From the NCBI GenBank assembly GCA_002376065.1, contig DFNN01000135.1, positions 1,339 through 65,338 on the forward strand: DNA of 64,000 nucleotides, in the 5' to 3' direction. This document shows positions 27,367-38,518 of the stretch, piece by piece. Positions within the stretch are counted from its first letter, which is position 1, and each line of letters begins with the position of its first letter. The notes below the pieces were generated by a model. It made no database searches and was not told the DNA's origin. It was given only the letters and a program-made list of their open reading frames with translations. Made by a program: the position numbers and the translations under genes. The DNA is from Bacillales bacterium UBA3566. Lineage in GTDB: Bacteria > Bacillota_I > Bacilli_A > Izemoplasmatales > Izemoplasmataceae.

Positions 27367-28029
27367 ATGATGACAAACAATCGAAAACATTTTATTGATG
27401 AATTAAATAGCTTATACGGTAAAGTACACAACATGGGATTAGAAGTCCTAGAAGGTTATTATAAAATACTGAAAGCCTGTGAACAAAAATCAAATGAAAT
27501 CGCAGAGGATATTATTGATAATGATAAAATGATTAATGATATCGAAATTTCTATTAATGTGGATGCCTATTTGTTAATCGCCAAACAATGTCCAGTTGCG
27601 GGAGATTTGAGAAGAATCATAACAGCTGTCAAAGTAGCGACAGATTTGGAACGTATTGGAGATTATGCGGTGAATATGGCAAAATATTTGATTCACACAA
27701 AAAATGAAAATCAAGATCATTTAGATGCAATTATTGCACTTTCTAAACATTTGGTTAAAATGATGGAAGGTATTATGGAAGCATTTATCAAAGAAGATAT
27801 TAAGTTGGCCTTAGAGGTTAATGAGATGGATGAAGTGCTTGATGAAGAATATAAAACAAGGGTGAAGAAACTTATTAAAGTCGGAAAAGAAAAAACAGAT
27901 GCGGAAGCTGAGGAAGCAATGCGTGCGATTCTTGTAGTTAAACAAATTGAGCGCGCAGGAGATCACATCACAAATATAGCTGAAAATATTGTCTATTTGG
28001 TTAATGGTAAAAGAGTCGAATTAAATTAA
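27367..28029 (+). CDS. phoU: phosphate signalling regulator PhoU
   Basis: 220 aa. Two PhoU repeats with E(R)IGDYAVN and ERAGDHITNI. Confidence 0.9.
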   Translation: MMTNNRKHFIDELNSLYGKVHNMGLEVLEGYYKILKACEQKSNEIAEDIIDNDKMINDIEISINVDAYLLIAKQCPVAGDLRRIITAVKVATDLERIGDYAVNMAKYLIHTKNENQDHLDAIIALSKHLVKMMEGIMEAFIKEDIKLALEVNEMDEVLDEEYKTRVKKLIKVGKEKTDAEAEEAMRAILVVKQIERAGDHITNIAENIVYLVNGKRVELN

Positions 28030-28071
28030 TTAGTGTGGTATGATATAGCTGTAGAAAGGGTGTGTTGCTAA

Positions 28072-29295
28072 ATGCATAAAACGTATGTTTGGATTATCAT
28101 TTCTTATGTATTTGTTTTAATATATTTTTTGGTTGTCGGCGATAAAATTGTTGGTGCGCTATTTTTAATTGCACTCATGATTTATCATGCTGCTGAATTA
28201 TATAACGAAAGAGAAAAGCAACACGCTGATACGGAAACAAAGATGACGATGATGCAACACAAACTTTCACAAACAGAAAAGCAAAAAGAAGAAACTTATC
28301 AACAATTCATATCTTTATCTACGACACTTGGAAGTGGTGTGTTGCTTGTAAACGCTGAGGGGAAAATTGCTTTTGCGAATAAGGATTTTAATCACTATTT
28401 CGGTATTGAAGCATCGGATAAGGATTATCAGACATTAATAAATGTGAAACCATTGTATAAATTTGTGAACGAAGCCTATTTACTCGAAGTTCCTAAAAGA
28501 GAACAAATTCATTTTAAAGAACATTTTTATGATCTTGTAAGTACACCGATTTTTGAAGATGAATTATTTCAAGGTTGTATTGTTGTCGTGCATGATATTT
28601 CTCTCATCAAAACTGCCGAACGTTTTCAAAAACAATTTACCGCAGATGTTTCTCATGAGTTGAAAACACCACTATCAACAATCAAAGGTTTTTCAGAAAT
28701 ATTATCAAGAGGAACAAAAGTTTCAGAAGAAGACAAGAAAGAGTTCGTAGAAATTATACAAAAAGAAGTTACTAGAATGGAGACAATTATTAGTGACTTG
28801 TTGATTATATCTAAAATGGACAGGGTAGATTATGAACTTGAATATACAAAAAACAATATTCAAGCAACAATAGAAGATGCTGTAGCTTTATTGAAACATG
28901 ATATTCATAATAAAAACTTAACGTTGTATCAAAACGTTGAAGCGAAATCATTTATGTTTGACTATACAAAGATGCATCATGTCATGCTAAACTTAATTAA
29001 GAATGCAATTAACTATACTGATGAGGGACACATAGAGATAAAAGGTTATGTAGACAAAGGGCTATATATTATTGAAGTATCCGATACTGGAATTGGAATA
29101 CCTGAAAATGAAATGGAAATGATTTTTAAGAGATTTTATCGAGTTGATACTGCTAGAAGTAGAGATACTGGGGGAAGTGGACTTGGTCTTTCGATTATTA
29201 AGAATGTTGTAAAAAAACATGATGGACATATTGAAGTTTCTTCAGAAGAAGGAAAAGGGACAACCTTTAAAATCTTTTTACCGATGAAAAAATAA
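28072..29295 (+). CDS. sensor histidine kinase, PhoR-like
   Basis: Two N-terminal TM helices, a PAS-like segment, H-box SHELKTPL, N-box LIKNAINYT, G-boxes DTGIGI / GGSGLGLSI. Confidence 0.85.
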   Translation: MHKTYVWIIISYVFVLIYFLVVGDKIVGALFLIALMIYHAAELYNEREKQHADTETKMTMMQHKLSQTEKQKEETYQQFISLSTTLGSGVLLVNAEGKIAFANKDFNHYFGIEASDKDYQTLINVKPLYKFVNEAYLLEVPKREQIHFKEHFYDLVSTPIFEDELFQGCIVVVHDISLIKTAERFQKQFTADVSHELKTPLSTIKGFSEILSRGTKVSEEDKKEFVEIIQKEVTRMETIISDLLIISKMDRVDYELEYTKNNIQATIEDAVALLKHDIHNKNLTLYQNVEAKSFMFDYTKMHHVMLNLIKNAINYTDEGHIEIKGYVDKGLYIIEVSDTGIGIPENEMEMIFKRFYRVDTARSRDTGGSGLGLSIIKNVVKKHDGHIEVSSEEGKGTTFKIFLPMKK

Positions 29296-29322
29296 GAGGA
29301 ATGAAATTTTTCCTCTTTTTTC
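29295..29322 (+). terminator. rho-independent terminator
   Basis: AGAGGAA...TTCCTCT hairpin followed by a T-run. Confidence 0.8.
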
Positions 29323-29411
29323 TTGCATGAAAGAGTTCTATCATATATAATATGTTCGCATATTAATATATTTTAATACAGATATGATATAATACTATTT
29401 GGTGGGATATA

Positions 29412-29798
29412 ATGAAGAAAAAACACATCGATTTTTTGATGGTTCGGGACAAACAAGAAACATTTTTTGAAACAGTCGGAGTATTTGATAATAATCAACT
29501 GACTTTTATTGATCACGAAAATCAGAAAAATAGTATTTTATTAAAACCAAATAAGGTAGAATATATTAAAATGGGCGATCAATTTATGCATTATTCTTTT
29601 GTTGAGAACGAAACAACAAAGGGCATATATCGAGTAGATCAGTTTGAATTTATTTTTCAGATTCAGACAACATATTTACAATCGACAAAAGAACGATTAA
29701 ACATTAATTTTACCTTACAACAAGATGATGAAATTATAGGACATCATCAGTTGACATTAGTGTATAAAGATGATGAGGAGGATTTAGATGGATTATAA
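29412..29798 (+). CDS. hypothetical protein, possibly a DUF1934/YwiB-like beta-barrel
   Basis: 128 aa with alternating beta-strand-like pattern. Overlaps the rpoE start by 11 nt. The family assignment is only a weak recollection. Confidence 0.4.
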   Translation: MKKKHIDFLMVRDKQETFFETVGVFDNNQLTFIDHENQKNSILLKPNKVEYIKMGDQFMHYSFVENETTKGIYRVDQFEFIFQIQTTYLQSTKERLNINFTLQQDDEIIGHHQLTLVYKDDEEDLDGL

Positions 29799-30306
29799 AG
29801 AGTGGGCATTGGTTGATACAGCGGAAGTCATTTTAAAAAAATCAAAAGAACCAATTAATATTTATGACTTATTTGACATTGTTGCTGGAGAAAAAGGGTT
29901 ATCTGCGGAAGAAAAAGACGTATATTTAACACATTTCTATTCAGATATTACAATTTCAGGACGTTTTGTTTATACAGGTGATAATACTTGGGATTTAAAG
30001 GCAAAGCAAAAAATTGAATTATGGGAAAAAGATGGGTCTTTTTATAACGAATATACTGACGTGGAAGATTTACAACCTGAAGTTGAAGAACCGAAAGTGA
30101 AAGAAGAAGTTGTTGAGGTTGTGCAACCAAAAGTTGAAAAAGAACCAGTTGAAGTTAAAACTGATGAAGAAGTCATCATCAAAGATAATGAGACTTTGAA
30201 TCAAGATGCAGAAAATATTTTTGATGATTTCGAAGAAGAAGACGACTTTGATGAAGAAGAATATAATAAATACATGGATACATATGAAGAAAAGTATGAT
30301 GAGTAA
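29788..30306 (+). CDS. rpoE: DNA-directed RNA polymerase delta subunit
   Basis: N-terminal HARE-HTH-like domain (LVDTAEVILKK...INIYDLFDIV...FYSDITISGRFVY...WDLK) followed by a long D/E-rich tail. Confidence 0.85.
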   Translation: MDYKEWALVDTAEVILKKSKEPINIYDLFDIVAGEKGLSAEEKDVYLTHFYSDITISGRFVYTGDNTWDLKAKQKIELWEKDGSFYNEYTDVEDLQPEVEEPKVKEEVVEVVQPKVEKEPVEVKTDEEVIIKDNETLNQDAENIFDDFEEEDDFDEEEYNKYMDTYEEKYDE

Positions 30307-30320
30307 TCTTTGAAAAGTTA

Positions 30321-30349
30321 TTGATTATTCTCATCCCTTTTGATATAAT
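30321..30349 (+). promoter_or_regulatory. sigma-A type promoter of pyrG
   Basis: TTGATT (30321-30326), 17-nt spacer, TATAAT (30344-30349). GGGC at 30356-30359 is the likely initially transcribed sequence. Confidence 0.65.
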
Positions 30350-30374
30350 TTTAAAGGGCACACAAAAATGCATT

Positions 30375-30400
30375 GTTCTCCTATTTAGGAGAACTTTTTT
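30375..30400 (+). terminator. pyrG leader attenuator (intrinsic terminator)
   Basis: GTTCTCCT-ATTT-AGGAGAAC followed by T6, located between the promoter and the pyrG RBS. Confidence 0.75.
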
Positions 30401-30418
30401 ATTATACGTTGTGAATAA

Positions 30419-32047
<1,629 letters not shown>

Positions 32048-32069
32048 ATTGTGCATTGCGTAAATTCGG

Positions 32070-32133
32070 AGATAAATGGCTTATTTAGTGGATATTCTAT
32101 GGAATATGACTAAGTGTCATTTATCTTCTTTTT
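32070..32133 (+). terminator. long imperfect hairpin terminator after pyrG
   Basis: AGATAAATG (32070) pairs with CATTTATCT (32118), with an inner TTAGT..ATATTC / GAATAT..ACTAA helix. Followed by TCTTTTT. Confidence 0.55.
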
Positions 32134-32190
32134 CATTTATTTATATGATATAATGTCACTTAGGAAACACTACATTTAAGGAGGAATAGT

Positions 32191-33585
32191 ATGTTAGAAC
32201 GCAAGTTGATTACCAAAGTTTTAGAAGAAGCACTCACAACAAATGCAGACTTTTCTGAAATTTTTATTGAAGACAGATCACAAGCATCTGCATCAATGTT
32301 ATCAAGTAAAGTTGAACGTGTTCATAATTCTAGAACTTTTGGAATCGGTATTCGTGTTGCAAAAGGGTTCCATTCGGTTTATGGATACACCAATAGTAAT
32401 ACGGAAGAGGACTTGTTGAAACTTGCCAACGATTTGGCACAATCTTTTCCTGGTTCACAAGAGAAGAAGAATATTGTGTTGGGTGAACTGAAGGTTGGAA
32501 CGAGTCATAAAAGTAGAATTTTACCATCTACTGTGGAAATGAAAGATAAAATTACTTTATTAAAACGTGCAGACAAAGCAGCTCGTGAATATAGTGAAGT
32601 TATTAATCAAGTAATGGTGAACTATCAAGATTATGAGCAAAAAGTATGGATTGCAAATAGTGAGGGGAATTATGTCCACGATGTCCGTGTACGTACAAGA
32701 ATCGCTATTGGATCAGTGGCTGCTAATGAGAAAAGCAAACAACAAGGATTTAACGGTCCAGGAGGAACACACGGGTTTGAGTTCTATACTGAGATGATTA
32801 ATGTTGAAGAAGAAGCGAAAGAAGCATCAAGAATTGCGACAGTGATGTTAACTGCTGATCATGCACCTAGTGGGAAAATGCCAGTCGTAATCGATAATGG
32901 ATTTGGTGGGGTTATTTTTCACGAAGCATGTGGCCATAGTTTAGAAGCAACGAGTGTTGCGCCTGGTATGAGTGTATTTAGTGGCAAAAAAGGCGAGAAA
33001 ATCGCTAGTCCACTTGTGACGGCTATTGATGACGGAACAATTGAAAATGCCTGGGGAAGCGCAAACTTTGACGATGAAGGGCATCCTCAAAAACGTAGAG
33101 TGTTGATCAAAGATGGAGTGTTAAATTCATACATGATTGATAAACTAAACGCCATCCGAATGAATGATGAAATGACCAATTCTGGACGTCGTGAGTCTTA
33201 TCGATATGCACCAACTTCTCGAATGACAAATACATATATAGATAATGGCGAATCAACATTTGATGAAATAATTTCTGCAACTGAGTACGGATTATATGCT
33301 AAAAAAATGGGTGGGGGATCAGTTAATCCTGCTACTGGAGATTTTAATTTCTCTGTAAGTGAAGCATATTTGATTCGTGATGGTAAAATTGCAGAACCTG
33401 TAAAAGGTGCTACATTGATTGGTACAGGGGCAGATGCATTGTTAAAAGTAGATATGGTAGGAAATAATTTATTGACTGCGCAAGGTATGTGTGGAAGTGC
33501 CTCAGGAAGTATTCCTACTGATGTAGGACAACCAACAATCAGGGTATCTGAAATCACTGTTGGTGGAAGAAAGGCGGCGAATTAG
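32191..33585 (+). CDS. tldD: metalloprotease TldD
   Basis: 464 aa. HEACGHSLE zinc motif and a GxC...GQP C-terminal pattern. Followed directly by pmbA. Confidence 0.9.
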   Translation: MLERKLITKVLEEALTTNADFSEIFIEDRSQASASMLSSKVERVHNSRTFGIGIRVAKGFHSVYGYTNSNTEEDLLKLANDLAQSFPGSQEKKNIVLGELKVGTSHKSRILPSTVEMKDKITLLKRADKAAREYSEVINQVMVNYQDYEQKVWIANSEGNYVHDVRVRTRIAIGSVAANEKSKQQGFNGPGGTHGFEFYTEMINVEEEAKEASRIATVMLTADHAPSGKMPVVIDNGFGGVIFHEACGHSLEATSVAPGMSVFSGKKGEKIASPLVTAIDDGTIENAWGSANFDDEGHPQKRRVLIKDGVLNSYMIDKLNAIRMNDEMTNSGRRESYRYAPTSRMTNTYIDNGESTFDEIISATEYGLYAKKMGGGSVNPATGDFNFSVSEAYLIRDGKIAEPVKGATLIGTGADALLKVDMVGNNLLTAQGMCGSASGSIPTDVGQPTIRVSEITVGGRKAAN

Positions 33586-34902
33586 ATGAATTTCGAAAAA
33601 TTATTTGAGCGAGCAAAAGAAAAGAACATTGAAGATATTCAAGTTCATTATGTTGCCGATACGAAATTAGATATTGAAGTCTTAAAAGGTGAACTGGAAA
33701 ACTATACGATTGCTGATACCAAAGGATTAAGTGTAAAAGGGATTTTTGATGGTAAAATGGGAACCGTATCAACAGAAGTCATTAATGATGATGTTATTGA
33801 TTTTATTGTCGATAGTGTTATTGCATCGGCAAACAATATAGATTCAGAAGATGAAGTATTTATCTATGGTGGAGATAGTATTTACCAAGATGTTGATGAT
33901 TTATACAATAAAGAATTAGAAGAAGTAGATGCGAAAACAAAAATTGATTTGGCGTTTGATTTAGAAAAGGAAACACTAAAATTAGATGAAAAAATCAAAA
34001 TGGTACAAGCATTTTATTCAGAGGTAAAACATCAAGTTCGTATTTTAAATAGTAAAGGGCTAGACCTATCAAAGGTTGTAAATAGTGCAACTGCAGGGGT
34101 ATATGTCATTGCGAGTGACGGTAAAGATCAAAGAACCGGTATTGAGTATGTTCAAAGCAACGTGTATGAGGATTTTGACATTGAGAACATTGCAAAAGAA
34201 GGCGCAAAAAGAGCAGTAGATGCATTGGGTGCTAAATCAATAAAATCTGGAGACTATGAAGTAATTTTAGAAAACAAAGCTAGCGCTAGTTTATTGGCAG
34301 CTCATGTTTCAATGTTTTCAGCTGAGAGTGTTCAAAAAGATGTTTCTTTGTTAAAAGGAAAAATTGGTGAAAAAATTAGCAAAGAACTCATTTCAATCGT
34401 TGATGATCCATTTATGAAAAAGTCACCGAGATCTGGGTCATTTGATGATGAAGGAGTTGCGACTAAATACAAAGAATTGGTTTCATCTGGAAAACTTACT
34501 GGATACTTATACAATTTAAAAACAGCCAAAAAGGATGAAGTAGGTTCGACAGGAAATGGTTTTAGAAATGGTATTTCCCCAACAAACTTCTATATTCAAC
34601 CAGGGAAAACATCATTTGATTTATCTGTTCAATCAATGAAAAAAGGTTTGATCATATCCGATTTACAAGGAACTCATTCTGGTACAAGCTCTGTAAGTGG
34701 AGATTTTAGTTTGCAGGCTTCAGGATACCTTGTTGAAGAAGGAAAAATAGTTAGACCAATATCATTGATTACCGTTGCTGGTAACTACCTCGAAGTATTA
34801 CAAGATGTGACGGAAGTATGTAATGATTTAAAAATGAATTTCGGATATATAGGTAGTCCATCTATAAAAATAAAAGCTCTTGCAATTGCTGGAGATGAAT
34901 AA
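33586..34902 (+). CDS. pmbA: TldD partner protein PmbA/TldE
   Basis: 438 aa paralogue lacking HExxxH. Starts 1 nt after the tldD stop. Confidence 0.85.
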   Translation: MNFEKLFERAKEKNIEDIQVHYVADTKLDIEVLKGELENYTIADTKGLSVKGIFDGKMGTVSTEVINDDVIDFIVDSVIASANNIDSEDEVFIYGGDSIYQDVDDLYNKELEEVDAKTKIDLAFDLEKETLKLDEKIKMVQAFYSEVKHQVRILNSKGLDLSKVVNSATAGVYVIASDGKDQRTGIEYVQSNVYEDFDIENIAKEGAKRAVDALGAKSIKSGDYEVILENKASASLLAAHVSMFSAESVQKDVSLLKGKIGEKISKELISIVDDPFMKKSPRSGSFDDEGVATKYKELVSSGKLTGYLYNLKTAKKDEVGSTGNGFRNGISPTNFYIQPGKTSFDLSVQSMKKGLIISDLQGTHSGTSSVSGDFSLQASGYLVEEGKIVRPISLITVAGNYLEVLQDVTEVCNDLKMNFGYIGSPSIKIKALAIAGDE

Positions 34903-34908
34903 AAATTG

Positions 34909-34935
34909 AAAGCCACAAATTTTGTGGCTTTTTTT
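34909..34935 (+). terminator. rho-independent terminator
   Basis: AAAGCCACAAA / TTTGTGGCTTT stem followed by a T-run. Confidence 0.85.
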
Positions 34936-34969
34936 GAAAGCATTTTCATAACGTACATTTGCTGATTGG

Positions 34970-34998
34970 TTTACAATAAGAACCCTTTAAGGTATAAT
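34970..34998 (+). promoter_or_regulatory. sigma-A type promoter of fba
   Basis: TTTACA (34970-34975), 17-nt spacer, TATAAT (34993-34998). Confidence 0.6.
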
Positions 34999-35031
34999 AA
35001 ATGTGATTTTAAATAATAGGAGGAATTAAAA

Positions 35032-35898
35032 ATGGGACTTGTTTCTGCGAAAGAAATGTTAGAAACTGCACGCAAAGAAGGATATGCTGTAGGGCAATTT
35101 AACATCAATAATCTTGAATGGACAAAAGCAATTTTACAAGCAGCTGAGGATGCAAAATCACCTGTTATTCTAGGTGTTTCTGAGGGAGCAGCTAAGTATA
35201 TGACTGGGTTTTCAACAGTTGTTGGTATGGTTAAAGGAATGATTGAAAACTTAAATATTTCTGTGCCTGTAGCAATTCACTTAGATCATGGAACATATGA
35301 AGGCGCAAAAAAATGTATTGAAGCTGGATTTAGTAGTGTAATGTTTGATGGATCACATTATGATATTGAAGAAAATATCGCTAAAACTAAAGACATTGTT
35401 GCATATGCAAAAGAACGAGGAATCAGTGTTGAAGCCGAAGTAGGATCAATTGGTGGAGAAGAAGACGGTGTTGTCGGTGCTGGTGAAGTTGCAGATCCTA
35501 AAGAATGTAAAATGATTGCTGATTTAGGTGTGACTATGCTTGCGGCAGGTATCGGTAATATCCATGGTGCTTATCCTGATAACTGGCAAGGATTACGTTT
35601 AGATGTATTAAAAGAAATCCAAGATATTACTGGTAAAATGCCACTTGTACTTCATGGTGGAACAGGAATCCCTGATCAAATGGTTAGAGACGCAATTACA
35701 CTTGGTGTTTCTAAAATCAATGTAAATACAGAATGTCAATGGGTGTTTGCTGAAAAAACTCGTGAATATATCGAAGCTGGAAAAGACAAAGTTGGTAAGG
35801 GATTCGACCCTCGTAAATTGTTAGCTCCAGGGACAAAAGCAGTATACGATAAAACAATTGAAAAAATGACTTTGTTTGGATCAGTAAACAAAGCATAA
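35032..35898 (+). CDS. fba: class II fructose-1,6-bisphosphate aldolase
   Basis: AVGQFNINNLEW, HLDHG, and GNIHG motifs. 288 aa. Confidence 0.93.
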   Translation: MGLVSAKEMLETARKEGYAVGQFNINNLEWTKAILQAAEDAKSPVILGVSEGAAKYMTGFSTVVGMVKGMIENLNISVPVAIHLDHGTYEGAKKCIEAGFSSVMFDGSHYDIEENIAKTKDIVAYAKERGISVEAEVGSIGGEEDGVVGAGEVADPKECKMIADLGVTMLAAGIGNIHGAYPDNWQGLRLDVLKEIQDITGKMPLVLHGGTGIPDQMVRDAITLGVSKINVNTECQWVFAEKTREYIEAGKDKVGKGFDPRKLLAPGTKAVYDKTIEKMTLFGSVNKA

Positions 35899-35931
35899 TA
35901 ATTTAATTTTCAGTAAAAAGGGTGTTGCGAT

Positions 35932-36513
35932 TTGGATAATCTATTATTAAAAGATTTTGCTGCTTGGAAGATGGAAAACGATCAAATTTTTGAAACGTTT
36001 CATGAAAATAACAGCGTCATTTATGAGCGGTTAGAACCTGTATATAGTGTCCTTAATCACCTATACAATAATGTTTGTGAAGGTGGAGTATTAGATGAAG
36101 ATACTGAAACAATTTTCCAAGTAGGATTTAACTATCTACATTCACAATTTGAAGTAATTAAAATTTATTATGAGACGTTGTTTCAATCTTCTTGTGATGA
36201 TTTTATAGGGTATAGTGAAATGTTGTTGTTCTTACTTTATATTTTTGATATCAAAAATGACTTAGAGAATCATGGATATGATTCTGAAATTGATGAACTC
36301 AATGAATTAGAAGAGTCTATTGAAAATATGATTGTCGAAAGACGAAGAGATGACTTATTGATTAAAGAACAGATGAATACAGTTTTAGAAAAAGTATTTA
36401 AAGACGTCGATTATGAATATGTATCTATTATTGATATTTTTGTTGAAATTGCAGAGTCATTTGGCATCTTCTTATATGAAGAAAATGAATTAGTGATTGG
36501 AAAAGAAATATAG
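35932..36513 (+). CDS. hypothetical acidic protein
   Basis: 193-aa ORF (TTG start in the track; the start is uncertain). No motif recognised. Confidence 0.4.
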   Translation: MDNLLLKDFAAWKMENDQIFETFHENNSVIYERLEPVYSVLNHLYNNVCEGGVLDEDTETIFQVGFNYLHSQFEVIKIYYETLFQSSCDDFIGYSEMLLFLLYIFDIKNDLENHGYDSEIDELNELEESIENMIVERRRDDLLIKEQMNTVLEKVFKDVDYEYVSIIDIFVEIAESFGIFLYEENELVIGKEI

Positions 36514-36514
36514 A

Positions 36515-36542
36515 TTATAGGGTGCTTTTAGCACCCTATAAT
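36515..36542. terminator. hairpin after the hypothetical gene (weak terminator, no clear T-run)
   Basis: TTATAGGGTGC / GCACCCTATAA 11-bp stem. Confidence 0.45.
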
Positions 36543-36621
36543 TATGAGTATATTACTTATCATATATCAATATTTATTGTATAATGAAGTGCTTTAAACT
36601 GTAAAAGTAAAGGTGATATAA

Positions 36622-37170
36622 ATGAGCATATTTAAAGATATAAAATCAATTAAAGAAAAAGATCCTGCAGCTAGACATATATTGGATATTTTGTTGACTT
36701 CCCAAGGATTACATGCAATATGGATTTATAGAATAGCACATTTTCTTTGGAAGATAAAAATGAAAATGATTGCAAGAGTTCTAAGTGGATTTGCAAGATT
36801 TTTAACAGGTATAGAAATACATCCTGGAGCTACTATTGGAAAAAGATTCATGATTGACCATGGAAGTGGTGTTGTCATTGGAGAAACGACCGTCATTGGT
36901 GACGATGTATTAATATACCATCAAGTAACTCTAGGTGGAACTGGGAATGATTCTGGTTCGAAAAGACATCCATCAATATGTGATCATGTTATGATTGCTG
37001 CTGGTGCAAAAGTATTAGGGAACATCAAAGTAGGTTTAGGAGCTAAGATAGGAGCAAATGCTGTTGTTTTAAAGGATGTACCTCCATATACTACTGCCGT
37101 AGGGTTACCAGCTAGATTTATTCAAAACGAAGTTTTAAGTAAAGATGATTGCAGTTTAACAAACAAATAA
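36622..37170 (+). CDS. cysE: serine O-acetyltransferase
   Basis: Hexapeptide-repeat left-handed beta-helix with [44 protein letters not shown]. Confidence 0.9.
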   Translation: MSIFKDIKSIKEKDPAARHILDILLTSQGLHAIWIYRIAHFLWKIKMKMIARVLSGFARFLTGIEIHPGATIGKRFMIDHGSGVVIGETTVIGDDVLIYHQVTLGGTGNDSGSKRHPSICDHVMIAAGAKVLGNIKVGLGAKIGANAVVLKDVPPYTTAVGLPARFIQNEVLSKDDCSLTNK

Positions 37171-37198
37171 TATGCTCTTATTATTTGTTTGTTTTTTT
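37158..37198 (+). terminator. rho-independent terminator overlapping the cysE stop
   Basis: AACAAACAAATAA / TTATTTGTTTGTT 13-bp stem followed by a T-run. Confidence 0.7.
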
Positions 37199-37236
37199 AT
37201 TCGTGTATAATAGAAGTATGTAGGGAAGTGATCAAT

Positions 37237-38481
37237 ATGTTTCAAGGAAAATACAAATCTGCTTTAAGAGTTGCTTTTGTGTATTTTTTATTCAGTAGTA
37301 TTTGGATTTTTTCATCAGATACTTTTTTAACTATGGTCATTGAAGATATTGAAGATTTCCGAAATTTTAGCTCCATAAAAGGAATTTTCTTTGTTTTAAT
37401 CTCATCTACAATTGTCTATTATTTAATTAAACACGAGATTAATCTATCAGATAAAGCGAAAAAGGATATTGATATTTTAGCGAACTACGATTCCTTAACA
37501 AAATTATACACGCGAAAAAAATACGAGATAAAGCTTAATGATTTACAGAAAGAAAAAAAGCAATGTGGTATTATTCTAACAGATATTAATGGTCTTCGCG
37601 TTTATAATGAAGCCTTTTCCTATAAAGCAGGTGATGATATCATTACTTTATATTCTGATATTTTAAAAGAAATTTTCCCTGAAGAGTTCATTGCTAGATT
37701 AGGGGGAGATGAATTTGTGATTCTATTTGAAGATGTTGAAGTAGATATACTTTATACTAATATGGATGAGTTACAATTACGAGTAGAACAATTTTCATAT
37801 CAAGGATTGCCGATTGAAGTATCAGTTGGATTCGCATACATTACAGATGTAAACGAGGATATAAATGAATTAACTTCCTTAGCAGAAGCTAGAATGAATA
37901 AAAATAAATTATTACAAGCGCACAGTTCTAGTAATTCACTTATTACGTCACTTCAAACAACACTTTTTGAAAGAAGTGATGAAACAGAACAGCATGCTCA
38001 AAGGATGCAAGATATGTGTGAAAGAATGGGTAATAAATTGGGATTTAGTAGTGCTCAAACAAATGATTTGAAATTATTGGCTTTATTGCACGATATAGGA
38101 AAAATAGGAATAGATGATGCGATATTAAAAAAACCAGATAAACTAACTTCTAGTGAAATGGAAGAAATGAAACAGCATCCAATGATTGGCTTTAGAATTG
38201 CTAGTACTATCCCCCAATTAGAAGCAATATCTTATGATATCTTAACGCATCATGAATGGGTGAATGGAGAAGGGTATCCTAAAAAATTAAAGGGTGGAGA
38301 TATTCCATTAAATGCACGAATATTGTCGATAGTAGATGCGTTTGACGCTATGACAAACGATCGTATTTATCGTAAAAAAATTAGTAAGGATGAAGCAATT
38401 GAGGAGTTATTTCGATTTAAAGATATTCAATTTGATGCAGATTTAGTTGACGCATTTATTGATGAATTTTCAAAAAATTAA
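37237..38481 (+). CDS. membrane-anchored GGDEF (diguanylate cyclase) plus HD-GYP (c-di-GMP phosphodiesterase) protein
   Basis: ATG at 37237 (GGGAAG RBS). Two N-terminal TM helices. RLGGDEFVILF is an intact GGDEF motif. HD-GYP motifs are LLALLHDIGKIGI and HHEWVNGEGYPKKL. Confidence 0.85.
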   Translation: MFQGKYKSALRVAFVYFLFSSIWIFSSDTFLTMVIEDIEDFRNFSSIKGIFFVLISSTIVYYLIKHEINLSDKAKKDIDILANYDSLTKLYTRKKYEIKLNDLQKEKKQCGIILTDINGLRVYNEAFSYKAGDDIITLYSDILKEIFPEEFIARLGGDEFVILFEDVEVDILYTNMDELQLRVEQFSYQGLPIEVSVGFAYITDVNEDINELTSLAEARMNKNKLLQAHSSSNSLITSLQTTLFERSDETEQHAQRMQDMCERMGNKLGFSSAQTNDLKLLALLHDIGKIGIDDAILKKPDKLTSSEMEEMKQHPMIGFRIASTIPQLEAISYDILTHHEWVNGEGYPKKLKGGDIPLNARILSIVDAFDAMTNDRIYRKKISKDEAIEELFRFKDIQFDADLVDAFIDEFSKN

Positions 38482-38518
38482 AGTGTACAATCAATTTCAA
38501 TTGATTGTACACTTTTTT
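38481..38518. terminator. bidirectional terminator between convergent genes
   Basis: AAGTGTACAATCAAT / ATTGATTGTACACTT 15-bp stem flanked by an A-run and a T-run. Confidence 0.9.

Noticed and set aside
32109-32163. Alternative pairing (CTAAGTGTCAT with ATGTCACTTAG) between the pyrG terminator and the tldD upstream region, which might indicate an antiterminator or leader switch for tldD.
   Set aside because: The complementarity is short and imperfect, overlaps a likely tldD promoter (TATAAT-like at about 32147) and has no supporting conserved motif. It is probably coincidental.
32191-34902. tldD/pmbA as part of a peptide (microcin-like) maturation system.
   Set aside because: No small precursor ORF, immunity gene or export gene lies adjacent. 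The pair is a widespread housekeeping module, flanked here by pyrG and fba.
36514-36621. T-box or other riboswitch leaders upstream of cysE, cysK (39429-39518) and lysS (41010-41070).
   Set aside because: The intergenic regions are only about 60-110 nt. That is too short for a T-box, L-box or SAM element, and no conserved T-box sequence was seen.
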